Assembly (NCBI GenBank): GCA_918797485.1 | Contig: CAKKNE010000001.1 | Coordinates: 1,302,001 to 1,366,000, forward strand | Direction of reading: 5' to 3' | DNA: 64,000 bases | DNA from: Pelagomonas calceolata | Taxonomy: Eukaryota | In this document: positions 1-11,200 of the stretch, in pieces | Layout: each line of letters starts with the position of its first letter | How positions within the stretch are numbered: the stretch's first letter is position 1 | The notes under the pieces: model-generated | What the model was told of the DNA's origin: nothing | Seen by the model: the letters and a program-made list of their open reading frames with translations, nothing else | Databases searched by the model: none | Made by a program: the position numbers and the translations under genes

Positions 1-2329
1 GACGCCGACGAGCGACCTGACGGCGACGCCCCGCGGACCATCGCTGTACCCGGGCGCCCGGCCGCCGTTGTCCGGAGGTGACGCGCTCGACCACTCGGGC
101 CTCACCGAGTGCACGACTGCAGTAAGACGCCAGGACTCGTCTTCTTCCTTCTTCCAAACGCCTGATAGGAGAAGCGCCGCGACGCCGCCACCCGTCCGGG
201 AGTGCGAGGTCTGTGCCGGTGCCAAATGCGTTTGTTCGCCAGTAGATCTAAGCCCAGCATTACTCGAGAGGCACAACCGGCAGCAGCCGCTGCAGGGGCT
301 GTCGTCGTTATCGCTAGGTGACAGGGAAGCCTTGAACCTCGATAATTTTGCGATCGTGTGTAAGATCGGCGAGGGGTCTTTCGGGAAAGTCGTGCTTGCC
401 CGAAAGAAAGACGACGGGGCCCTCCACGCGGTCAAGGCGGTGCGCAAGGAGAAATTATTAGCGTCCGGGTCTGCGGCGATCCAACATGTCCTCGACGAGA
501 ATAGCATCCTGCAGCGACTGAGGCATCCCTTCGTACTTACCTTACAGTACGCGTTCCAGGACGCCGATCGGCTGTACCTCGTGACGAATTATGTCGGGGG
601 TGGCACGCTGTATCAATTAATAACACAACGAGGAAAAGTGAAAGAAGACTTGGTGAGATTCTACGCGGCGCAGCTCGCCGCAGCTTTTGCTTATCTCCAC
701 CTAAATAATGTGGTGTACCGCGACCTCAAGCCGGAGAACGTCCTACTCGGATTAGATGGCTACGTCGTCCTGGCAGATTTTGGCCTCGCGAAAACACTGG
801 TGGATACGACGACCGCAACCTTTTGCGGCACTCCCCTCTACTTAGCGCCGGAAGTCGTCCAGCGGCGACCCTACGCGTTTTCCGTCGACTGGTGGACTCT
901 TGGGTGCCTTACGGTGGAGATGCTGACGGGACGGCCGCCGTTCGTGGCCCGAGACTTGCCTGAATTGATGCAGCTCATCGAGCAAGGTAAAAGATCCTTC
1001 GACGTCTCTACTTTGAGTGGCAACGCGTCCATGTTCGTGCTGGGGCTCTTACAAAAGGACGTCTCCAAAAGGTTAAAAGCGCCGGGCGTGTTTGATACGC
1101 ACTTCCTGCGATCAATAGACCGCACGGCACTCGAAAACAAGACCATCGAGCCGCCCTACGTCCCCGACCCCGCGAGCGAAGCCATTGGTAGAGGCGGCTC
1201 GCCGCGCCACGCGTCGCAGCGGGAGCTCGCGCAGTTCGCAAATTTCAACGCCTTTTGTCGAGACGAGTCGCCGCGGGCCCACGCCGAATTATCGTCCAAA
1301 TTATGTGATGCTGCTAGACGAGGAGCCTGTGGGGAGTTGCGGGAGTTGATGGCGGATGGTGCGGATGTGAATCACGGAGACTATGATCGAAGGACGGCGT
1401 TGCATTTAGGGGCCGCGGAAGGTCATCTGGATGTGGTGGACTTTCTCATAGCGCACGGCGCGGACGTGAACGCGCAGGACCGGTGGCGGGGCACACCTCT
1501 CAGGGACGCCGAGGCTAGTGACCATCAAAACGTTGTGGAGCTCCTAAAACGCCACGGCGCGCGCGACTCGGTCACGGAGCAGCGCGCTTCGGTCACGGAA
1601 GCCGACGTCACGTCGCGGTTATGCGACGCTGCTAGGCGTGGCGACGTCGAGTCCTTGAGACGATTAGTTGCGGCGGGCGCCGAAGTGACACGTTCAGATT
1701 ATGATGATAGGACACCGTTACACTTGGGCGCGGCGGAGGGCCACGTCCGGGTCGTGGAATACTTGATTGCGCGCGGTGCTGACGTGAATGCCTGTGATAG
1801 GTGGCGCGGCACGCCTTTACGAGACGCGGAGGACGGCGGCCACTCTAGTGTAGTGCAACTGCTGAAGCGCCACGGCGCGAAACGGTTGAAACGGCGCTCG
1901 CGTAGCCTAGGAAGCTTCGGCAACCTGCGCCAGGCCTTCCGGCAGCAGACGATGCGGAGGAACGTCTCGGCCATAAACATGGCCGCGATCGCGCCCGCAC
2001 CCGAAGTCGGCTTGGATCTGTCCCAGAGTGGCTCCGACGGCCGCCTCTCGCCGTCGTCGCTCATGGACCGTTCTAATAGGTCGAACCGGTCGGCGGGCTC
2101 GGCTCGATCGGGGCGGTCGTCGCCCTCCTCCCTCACACGGCTCTTCCACCGGCGGAAAACGCCGTCCATGGACGCTTCTGGTAGTACTAGGGCGGTGGAT
2201 CGGTCGACGCTCGACGCGTCGGGCCGCGGGCTGATTATTGACCCGCCGGCGCGCGGACGTCGAGAAGGTGATCAGCTGGACCGGTCGAATGAATTAGATA
2301 GGTCCAACGCGTCCTGCAAGCTGATGTAG
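1..2329 (+). CDS. AGC-family Ser/Thr kinase (S6K/SGK/PKB-like) fused to C-terminal ankyrin repeats; 5' partial
   Basis: Kinase motifs GEGSFGKV, AVK, YRDLKPEN, DFG, TFCGTPLYLAPE and DWWTLG, plus an AGC tail (EPPYVP). Two ankyrin blocks follow (DYDRRTALHLGAAEGH). The frame is open from base 2 and the listed start at 68 is TTG, so the true start is probably upstream of the window. Confidence 0.9.
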   Translation, partial: TPTSDLTATPRGPSLYPGARPPLSGGDALDHSGLTECTTAVRRQDSSSSFFQTPDRRSAATPPPVRECEVCAGAKCVCSPVDLSPALLERHNRQQPLQGLSSLSLGDREALNLDNFAIVCKIGEGSFGKVVLARKKDDGALHAVKAVRKEKLLASGSAAIQHVLDENSILQRLRHPFVLTLQYAFQDADRLYLVTNYVGGGTLYQLITQRGKVKEDLVRFYAAQLAAAFAYLHLNNVVYRDLKPENVLLGLDGYVVLADFGLAKTLVDTTTATFCGTPLYLAPEVVQRRPYAFSVDWWTLGCLTVEMLTGRPPFVARDLPELMQLIEQGKRSFDVSTLSGNASMFVLGLLQKDVSKRLKAPGVFDTHFLRSIDRTALENKTIEPPYVPDPASEAIGRGGSPRHASQRELAQFANFNAFCRDESPRAHAELSSKLCDAARRGACGELRELMADGADVNHGDYDRRTALHLGAAEGHLDVVDFLIAHGADVNAQDRWRGTPLRDAEASDHQNVVELLKRHGARDSVTEQRASVTEADVTSRLCDAARRGDVESLRRLVAAGAEVTRSDYDDRTPLHLGAAEGHVRVVEYLIARGADVNACDRWRGTPLRDAEDGGHSSVVQLLKRHGAKRLKRRSRSLGSFGNLRQAFRQQTMRRNVSAINMAAIAPAPEVGLDLSQSGSDGRLSPSSLMDRSNRSNRSAGSARSGRSSPSSLTRLFHRRKTPSMDASGSTRAVDRSTLDASGRGLIIDPPARGRREGDQLDRSNELDRSNASCKLM

Positions 2330-2673
2330 AAAAATATTCGAGCGCCAGACGGCGCGCCAAATTCGTTCCTTGCACATAGAAAGTCGAATCGAAAAGCACC
2401 CCCCTGCCTGTGAAAAACCCTTTGCTTGACCCCTTGATTGCTCTTCGCGTTTCATGGTGTTCTCTCCCCGGCGCGGTCGTCCCCCTCCGTGGGGCCGCCG
2501 CGCCACGCTGCCTGCGCGCCCGCCGCGGCCCCCGGCCGCCGCGCGCGCGATTTGCAGTCGCCCAAGCAAGAAGTGTTCGTGGCGTGTAAATATTTTCGTG
2601 TTCAAATCCTTGTTTCTCTCCTTCTTCTCCGTGCTAACACTCGGGGCGACGGCGTCTGACCAAACTTTTTTTA

Positions 2674-2696
2674 GCTAGTGTCTAACTACCGCTAGA
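2674..2696 (-). promoter_or_regulatory. Upstream CTAG-GACACTAG motif copy
   Basis: Reverse complement TCTAGCGGTAGTTAGACACTAGC, ~90 bp before ATG 2785. Confidence 0.55.
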
Positions 2697-2784
2697 TAAT
2701 GTTGCTTTTCGCAATCAGCCACTTCGCCGCAGTTTTGCACACCAATGCAATATTGCCACCACTGACGCGTACGTATGCTCACGA

Positions 2785-3249
2785 ATGATGCTTGACATCC
2801 CAGCGCGCATGCAAACGCCATCGAAAACGTGCCCGGGCGTCAAAAACCACCAGGCTCACAATCTGCACGAGCCGCACGTGATGCAGCAAAACCTAATGCA
2901 CGAGCCGCAAGCAACGCTGAGGGCGCAGACGGAACCAATAGAGGTGCCCTCGCCGCAACGCCGGGCGACTTCGCGCAAGCCGCGCCGCGCGCCGACGCCG
3001 CCGCTGTGCGACGCCGGCCCGGCCGAGATGATGAGGATACTCACCCTAGACGGGGAGTGGCGGACGATGGGCGCGAGCCCACTGGCCGCAGCGCACGAGC
3101 TGCTCGACGGCGACGATGACGACTGCCCCGTCTGCGCCTCCCTGCGCCCCTTCAGACCCGCCGACGACGACGAGGGCCCGTTCGCCATGTCCCCGCCGAA
3201 GCTGTCTCCGCGCGCGTGCCGCTGCCCGCCCGCGCGCCCCGGCGGCTGA
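2785..3249 (+). CDS. Hypothetical protein (154 aa, CPVC motif)
   Basis: ATG-started ORF with GC3-rich 3' half; a copy of the upstream motif lies ~90 bp before the ATG. Confidence 0.55.
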   Translation: MMLDIPARMQTPSKTCPGVKNHQAHNLHEPHVMQQNLMHEPQATLRAQTEPIEVPSPQRRATSRKPRRAPTPPLCDAGPAEMMRILTLDGEWRTMGASPLAAAHELLDGDDDDCPVCASLRPFRPADDDEGPFAMSPPKLSPRACRCPPARPGG

Positions 3250-3354
3250 GGATCCCCCGCCATCCCTTTGGGCCTGTTGTGTTGTGGCCCAGGCGAGCGT
3301 TCTTCTTTCCCCTTGACTGTAATGACTGTCCTAGTTTCTCTGACCAGACCACTA

Positions 3355-4452
3355 CTAAATACCCCTAATCAGGGGTATTTAGAGCGAGGCGCCAGCGAGC
3401 CGTTAGGGTTCTAACCCGTATTTAACCCGCACCTTTCAAACACTAACCCGCACGTATCAACCCTAACCCGCGTTCCCGTACCACCTGGGGGTACGGTTGC
3501 TTAAAGCACGTGTGATAGTGCACGTGCTATAACAGCGAATTAGGTTGGGATGCTAATGCTAATCTAAAAGTGATTTAATCACCAAAATCGAACACGAAGT
3601 GTTCTTGTGCGCAGGGCGCCGCCGCAGCGTCTAAATCACCGCCGCGGCCACGCACAGCGCGCGCGGGGTGCACGGGGGCTCCTGCGTGCGCGAAGCGCTG
3701 CTGCGCGCACAAGAAATGCGCGCGCACAACACGCTGGGGCGTGGTGTTCGCCAAGGGGTTCGCACGGAGCTCGCGCGTCGATTCCGCGCCGCCAATCGCG
3801 CGAGTCGCCGCGCGCGAGTCGCCGCCGTAAAAAAATTGCCGCAAAACTCACGCGTTCATTTTCCTCACGCAGGACAAAAAAAATATTGTCCATATACAAC
3901 AGAAAAACTTGGACCATGAACCCAGGCAAAATCTCAAACGAGGATTACGTCGTCGACAGCGACGAAATAATGGAAGATGCAACTCACGATGCATTCAGAT
4001 GTATAAGCGCATTAGAAGTCTGGTTTGAACACCGGGGGGGGGGCTGCATTACATATATTATCTTTCATATGTTTTATACTTTTATGTTATACTAAGAAAG
4101 GGGGGGTCGGGCGAGGAGAGAGGCGAGGAGAGAGAGGCATTTTTCCGTCAAAAATTCAAAACATTTCAAATCGAAGAAAAAAAATTCGGAGAGGAGCCCT
4201 CTCCGCCTCTCCTCTCTCGCCTCCTCTCCTAGAGGGTTTTTTCTTACTAATTAGCATCCCAATTTGATTCGCTTTTTATAGCACGCGCTATAGCGCACGT
4301 GCTTTAAGCAACCGTACCCCCGGGTGTAACGGGAATGCGGGTTAGGGTTGAGACGTGTGGGTTAGTGTTTGAAAGGTGCGGGTTAAATGCAGGTTATGAA
4401 CCCTAACGGCTCGCTGGCGCCTCGCTAAATACCCCTAATTAGGGGTATTTAG
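3355..4452. mobile_element. Non-autonomous foldback/MITE-like element with ~203-bp terminal inverted repeats
   Basis: 3355-3557 is an imperfect reverse complement of 4250-4452. Both ends are 28-bp palindromes, CTAAATACCCCTAAT(C/T)AGGGGTATTTAG. ACTA is duplicated on both flanks (3351-3354, 4453-4456). The interior is AT-richer and has no recognisable transposase. Confidence 0.85.
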
Positions 4453-4468
4453 ACTACTACAACAACAG

Positions 4469-7400
4469 TTACTCGAAGGTCGTCGACGCGTCGACGCGGC
4501 TCAGCCGCTGGGACCGCGCGTGCGTCGGGCCCCGCGCCTTGTCACCGGGAGACGGCGCGTTCCCGATCCACGACCGTTTTTGAGAGCCACCGAAGAGCCT
4601 TCCAAAAAAACCTGGCCGTTGGTCGACACCCGCAACGACGGGCTCCTCGTCAATGGAATCCTCGTGCAACGGCAAGTCGGCCATAACCCTTAACTCCTCG
4701 AGGAGCGACCGGTCGCACCCGCGCACGTCCGCCGTGTCGACCATGCTCTCCATGACCCTCCTTAATTTAGCGTTCTGGGCCACTTGGTTGAGGTAGATGG
4801 CCTGCCTCATGGCCAGTTCTTCCTTGAGGACCGCTGTAGCTTTCAACAACTGCCGGTTCTCATTTTTTATGGACGCGTTCTTGTCGCCCAGGAACCGCAC
4901 GTGGGCCGCCACCGCCGCGACACTTTGTTGCGCCGATGCGCGGGCCTGCTGGCCCCGCTCGTGGTGCGTCCGCAATATATCATTTTCTCTTCTCAGAGCG
5001 TCGCAGGTCCGCGTGAGAGCTACCACTTCCGTCCTCAGGTAATCGAGCATGCGCGTGGACTCGTCCGTCAACGTATCAGAGGACAGCCTCCTCTCGACCC
5101 GTTCTCTTTGCTCTTTCTCTTCATCGAGGCGTCTTCTTAACTCGTCAAGTTGGTTCTCCATCTTCTGGCGCTCAATGGCGTTGCGTCGTAACTTCTCCAC
5201 GAACAACACAGCGAGGACCCTTCGAACTAAAGTCTGGATGCGCACCGAGGCGTCGCGGACTCGTGTGAACTTGTGCAGCTCGCTGCGCGTCTTCGCCCAC
5301 GCCGCGAGACGAGTCGCACTCACGCGGCGTCTTTTATGTTTCGTGGCCTTTCGAGCCCGTCTTGATCGCGCTACCGCTTGCAGCGTGATAGAAGCTGCGA
5401 CGAGGCTCACGAACGCGCGCCTCCTCACGAAACCGCGCCGCCGCCTCTGTACAAGGATAGCCGTTTGTCTGAGGACAGAGAACCGTCTCAACTGGAGATA
5501 CCTCCGCGCACACGTATTTACTGAAGTGGCACTCCTCGCATGCGCCGTGGATAACAGCCGCTCGAGGAACTCCAAGACGCCAGGTCCCAAATACACGCGA
5601 GTCTTGCCGACGGCGTGCCTCCTTTCACCAAGTAATGAACGTGCGACGCTCTCTACATCAGACTCGGACGTCAACCGGCCGTACCTTGCGAGGAACGCCG
5701 CGTGACCCGACCGGTTGGGGTAGCCGGCCCGCGTCATTTCCACCGCAGCGACGACGCCCGCGCATCTCAGCTGGGCACAAACCGATGGAGCATCAAACAA
5801 AGAAGATGACGCCTCGCTATTGGGCTTCACGCACCGCACGTACCTCGTCTCCGTCCGCGACACGTCCTCGAGGAGCGTCTTCAGCCTTCGTCGGAACTTG
5901 GAGGCGACCGTTTTTTGGCGCTTGTCGTCCGTTTCGAAGAGTGACGAGACGGAGCTCTTCTTCATGAGTTCTACCAAATCAGCATGTAGCGCGTCGCGGT
6001 TTCGTTCGCACCACCCGTCGACGGTGTATGATACTGGTTCCGCGTAGTGTCTTACCCCGAACTTGTTCGCAGAGAACTTGTCCGGCACATAAAAACGTTG
6101 ATTGTCGTCGTGCAAGGTCTTCAGCTTCGACACGAGAGCCAGCTCCGAGCCGCCCGGTCGGGCGCACTCTTCGTCGAGCACGTCTACAATACCCATCGGC
6201 CCCTCCAACAGTTTCAACGCAGCGGCGGCGTCCGGGAAGGCGATGGGTTCGAAGGGAATCCCCTCGTCCTCGTACTCCGCCTGGACGCTCCGGAACAGGT
6301 CCCGACCTGTGTGGAACGACGCCGTCGCGACACTGCCGCGGCTCTCTCGCGAGACGCGTGGACTCTCGCGCGGCCGCGTCGACGACGTCGAGGCGACACG
6401 GCATCGCGTCGACGCCGTCGCGGCGACCGCGTCAACTTGTGAAGCTCATTTCCCACGCTGAGCCACTGACAGAACTTCTCCTGTAGTCTTTCATTTGCGT
6501 AGTTGATGCACAGCTGCTCGAACCTGTTGATCGGGAAGGACTCGAAGCCGAAGATGTCCAGCAGACCACACGACGCCTCCCACGCATCGACAGAGGTGGC
6601 TTCGTTCGTGAGCGCGACGACCCAATCGAAGCATCGAGCGTAGAGCTCTTTGGCGAGGGCGTCCCTCGCGGCCGTTCTTTCGGCTGGCGTGCGCTGGACG
6701 ATGGTCGTTTCTCTTCTTACAGTTACTGTTCGTTCTTTGAGCGCTGTTTTTAGTGAATCTGCGGGTACGCCGAGCAATGAAGCTGCCTCATCGGTGCTAT
6801 CGCCGAGTAGAAACACCGCCTTGAGCATGTCTATTAGTGAATCGCGATCCTTGGCAGACACGCCGCACTTCGCCAGTGAAGCCCAGGCCTGGCTATGTCT
6901 ATCCTCATCTGTAAGACCTTCTATCGTACCGCGTTGCGACGCCGTGACGTAATGTAAAGCTGCTACATCTAAATCAGGAATGCCGTAGGCGCAGTGGTAC
7001 GTTCGTTCCCCAGGCGCTTGGGCTACGACCCTACTTTTCTCCAGTAAATACGTCTCGCAGTCCGACCCGCGCAGACGGCCGTGTCCATCATAGCGCAACC
7101 GCGTGAACTTGCCGAACCTCGACGAATTGTCGTTCCGGATCGTCTTGGCGTTGCCGAAGGATTCCAAGAGTGGAGCAGCATCTAACACGCGAGAGGCCAC
7201 ATCACTACTATCACCACAGAGGTGCCGCAGTAAAATCTTCACCGTCTCGGTCTTTCCGGCGCCCGACTCGCCAGACACGAGAATGGACTGGTCCCTGCCA
7301 TCGAGCACGCCTCGAAACGCGCGGTTGCTGATCGCATACGCGTGTGCTTCCTCTTGCTTCTCTCCGTAGCGTTCTCGCGTTTGAGCATCATACAACTGAG

Positions 7401-7740
7401 GCAGCCACTTAAATGGATTCACGGCCACCACAATGTCGTCTCCCGTGCGCGTGTAGGGCTTGCCTCGGAAGAACCGTTCGCGCAAACACCACAGCACGCT
7501 GGCCTCGTGGAGCCGGTCTAGAGAGACGAGGTCTTCGACGATTGCTGGCGTGTTCTGCTGCGGCAGCGTCGAGGCGTCGCCCTCTGTTTGTAATTCTACG
7601 TAGGGGCAGCTCTCTAGTGACGCGTCGTTGGCGGGGCGCCGCGCCTTGACCACGAGCTTGCCCGCGCTCTGTTGCAGGACGGTCGCCGGCGCCCAGACCA
7701 AGCGGTCGTCCTGGACGTAGATTGCGGCGCGGTCGGCCAT
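4469..7740 (-). CDS. Myosin heavy chain (motor, IQ motifs, coiled coil); 2 exons, ~1035 aa
   Basis: Motor motifs GESGAGKT, NDNSSRFGKF, LLDIFGFE and YVRCVKPN. Exons 7740-6471 and 6306-4469 join across GT-AG intron 6470-6307 to give NERLQEKFC-RDLFRSVQAEYEDEGI. Confidence 0.93.
6307..6470 (-). other. Spliceosomal intron (164 bp), probable degenerate introner
   Basis: GTCAGT...TTCCACACAG; removal restores the myosin frame. The acceptor end matches the introner TIR end and the interior is rich in CGCGTCGACG motifs. Confidence 0.85.
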
Positions 7741-7934
7741 GTGTTCCGCTGCCGCTGTGTTCCGCTGCCGAGATGCTGGAAACTTTGGTTTGAGGGCTGT
7801 TACTATGCGCAGCGCTGCTGAAAATTTGCGAGTAGCTCCTGGCGACCGCTGGCAAGCACTTAAACTTTTGCCGACAGCGCAAGGCTGGATTTACGACCAG
7901 TTTTGGCTGCCGCAAAAAAAGGTGAAAAATGCTT

Positions 7935-7959
7935 GCTAGTGCCTTTACTGAACGCTAGC
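7935..7959 (-). promoter_or_regulatory. Upstream motif copy (myosin/BMS1 divergent gap)
   Basis: Reverse complement GCTAGCGTTCAGTAAAGGCACTAGC. Confidence 0.55.
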
Positions 7960-8299
7960 TACTCGATTGGCGGAGGTGCGAGTGTGGCGACACTGCAGGC
8001 TAACAGACGTCTGTCAGCGCGCCAGCATCACTGCACGTCAGCACACGCTGGCACAAACAGCTGCTGGTGCATCGCTGCGCGCTGGAATAGTTTCATCGCT
8101 GGGTGGCACTGCACTGCAGCGAGAGCGCATCGCTGCGCTGACTGCTTGATTCCATCATCAGCGCGCCCGTCGCCGCGAACGCCGCGTGTATTCTCGGCGA
8201 CCGACGGCGTAGGCCGCGTAGGGCTACTGTGGGCCACTCCGCGCGTGCCGCCGTCGACAGGCTGTGACACTGCCTTAACAACCAACACGCCGAGCAAGC

Positions 8300-11200
8300 A
8301 TGGCCGACCAGTCCAACGCCCGCCACAAGCCGCGGAAAGATGGATTAGCACAATCAACAAAAAAGGCCGCGGACCGCTTCCGCGCTGGCGGCCAGCAAAG
8401 CGGGAAGCACAAGACGCGAGCCTTTGGCGTCGCGAATCTGGGACGGTCGAAGCGCTCTTTACAGAGAAACGCGGATCGGTCCCACCGGAAAGAAGTAGCG
8501 GCGACCATACGGAGAGATAGTGGCGTCGCACCTACAGTGATAGTCGTTTGTGGACCGCGAGGATCGGGAAAAACCACACTCATCAAGTCTTTAGTAAAAC
8601 TACACACGCGCCACTCGTTAAAGACGTGTGCCGGACCGATCACGATCATCTCCGGGAAAGATAAGCGGTTGACGTTAATTGAGTGTCCGGACGACGCGTG
8701 CGCTCTGATTGACTTGTGCAAAGTAGCCGATCTAGTTTTACTCACAGTGGACGCGTCGTTCGGCTTCGAGATGGTGACGTTCGAAGCGTTGGCCTGTCTG
8801 CAAGCGCACGGGTTCCCGAAGGTCGTCGGTGTTCTGACGCACTTGGACAAAATGAAAACGAATAAGGCCCTGCAACAAGTAAAAAAAGCTCTCAAGCACC
8901 GCTTCTGGCAGGATGTGTATGATGGGGCCAAAGTTTTTTACATCGGCGGCATCCTGCAGAGCGGCAAGTACCCTAGGAACGAGATGAGGCAACTCGCTCT
9001 GTATGTGAATCGCGTCAAGTACCGCCCTTTAGCTTGGAGGAATGCCCACGGCTATGTGGTTGTCGATCGCGTCGATGACGCGACACCTGGTAGTCGTATC
9101 AGAGCTGATGCTGATTGCTCGAGACGAGCGGACTGCTACGGCTATGTGCGGGGGGCTAGACTCAAACCCGGCGGTAGCGTCCATGTGCCGGGTCTGGGCG
9201 ACTTCTCGCCGGAGTCCATAGAAGTACTCGATGACCCCCTACCGTTAATATCAAAAACCTCGACTCTCGAAAAAAGTGACAGTGTCATCTACGCGCCGTT
9301 GTCCGACGTCGGCGGCGTGGCCTATGACGACGACGCGGTCTACATCGACCTGAAGACCGTCGCCTATTCCAAAGAAGAGGACTTGGACGGTGAAGGCCGC
9401 AGGGCCGTGACGGGCGGCGCCGCGGACCTGGTGCGACGGCTGCAGCAGCCCGGTTCGGTAGATGCGAAGCTGGAGAAGTCGGAATTACGACTGTTCGGCG
9501 GTTCACGAGCGGTGCGCGGGAGTACTGTGGAAGAGGACTCGGCCGAAGACTCCTCGGATTCGGATAGCGACGAGTCGTCGTCTAGCGAGGAGGAGGACGC
9601 GGCCCGGGCGTCCTTCTTCGAGGAGTCGAGACTGTCGCTGGAGAAGCGCAAGGCGGCACGGGAGGCGGGAGACCTCGGGGCGCGCGTTTATGGGTATGAA
9701 GAGGAGGAGGAGGATGATGATGATGAGGACGACGAGGGCGACTTGTTTCGGAGGCGAGGGGACGGCCCGGCCTACAAGGAGCGGAAGGTGGCGGCGGAGG
9801 GTTTGGACGCCTCGGACGACGACGATGTGGCCGTCGCGTTCGATGACGACGACGTACTGGAGGGCGCGCAACACTGCTTCGCGACGGTGGACGACGACGA
9901 GGCCTACGGCGACTTTGAAAATCTAGACGAGTCCGACGACGACTCTTCTGATGGTGAAGACGAGGCCGCTCCTGCTGATAATGAAGAAGCACCCTTAGAA
10001 GGTAGGGAGGCGATCGCCGCCGCGAAGGCCCGGGCCATGGCGCAGAAGGCCGAGGAGGAAGAAGACGACGACGACTTCGCGGCCGACGCGCGGCAGGCCT
10101 TGCGGGATCGGGCCGCGAAGACCGATAGCGTGTTTGCGGACGATGAGGAGAGAGTAGCGTTGGAGGGCCATCGAGCGGGGTTGTACGTGAGAGTGCGACT
10201 CGAGGACGTCCCTCGGAGTTTCTTCGACGAGCGCGATCCGGCAAGGCCCATCATCCTCGGTGGGTTATTACCACACGAGTGCACGCCGCCCAGTCTACTC
10301 ACGGCGAGAGTCCGGCGCCACCGCTGGCACGGTCGTATACTGAAAGCGCGGGATCCCGTCGTGTTCAGCTGCGGCTGGCGGCGCTTCCAGTCGGCGCCGC
10401 TCTACTCGCTGGAAGATGAAAGGCAAACGCGACAACGCTTCCTCAAGTACACGCCGGAGCACATGCACTGCGGCGCCCATTTCCGAGGTTATGGCGTCGC
10501 GCCGAACACGCCATTACTTGGGTTTCATTCCCTCAAGAGTGATTGCGCCACTTTCAGAGTTTGTTTAGTTGGTGTGGTGGTCAAGCAGGAGACTCTCAGT
10601 CCGGTCGTGAAGAAGCTCAAGTTGTGTGGAGCCCCGTACCGAGTCGAGAAGAATACAGCCTTCATAGATGGGATGTTCACCTCGGCCCTGGAGGCCGCCA
10701 AGTTCGAGGGCGCCCAGATAAAAACTGTTTCCGGGATTCGCGGGTCGATCAAGAAGGCCATCCGCGAGGACGCTTCTCAAGCCGCGAGGCGTGCTGGTGC
10801 TCCGTCGGGCAAGGCCGGGGCTTTTCGAGCCACGTTCGAGGACAAGTTATTATTGTCAGATGTGGTCGTCTGTCGGTTGTGGGTGCCCGTGGAGCCGCCG
10901 CCTCTCTGTTTACCTGTTGCTAACTTACTGGAAGCAGTGTCGGGAGATACTCTGTTAGCAAGATCCGTGGCCGATGTCAGAAGAGCAACAGAAACACCCA
11001 TTCCAGTATCAAAAGATTCTTTATATAAGGGTCCCATCGCGCGCGCTCCCCGGAAGTTCGCGCCCCAAAAGCTGCCGAAGAAACTCGTGGACCAGTTACC
11101 GTTCGCGTCGCGACCGAAGGAAGACGCGCCTCGTGGGAAGCGCGACGGCTACCTGAAGCAGCGCGAGGACGCGTCGACCGGTTTGGCGCCTCGAGAGTCG

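Noticed and set aside
3402..3472. True telomere or chromosome end
   Set aside because: The repeats are sparse, interrupted and embedded in TIRs, with genes on both sides.
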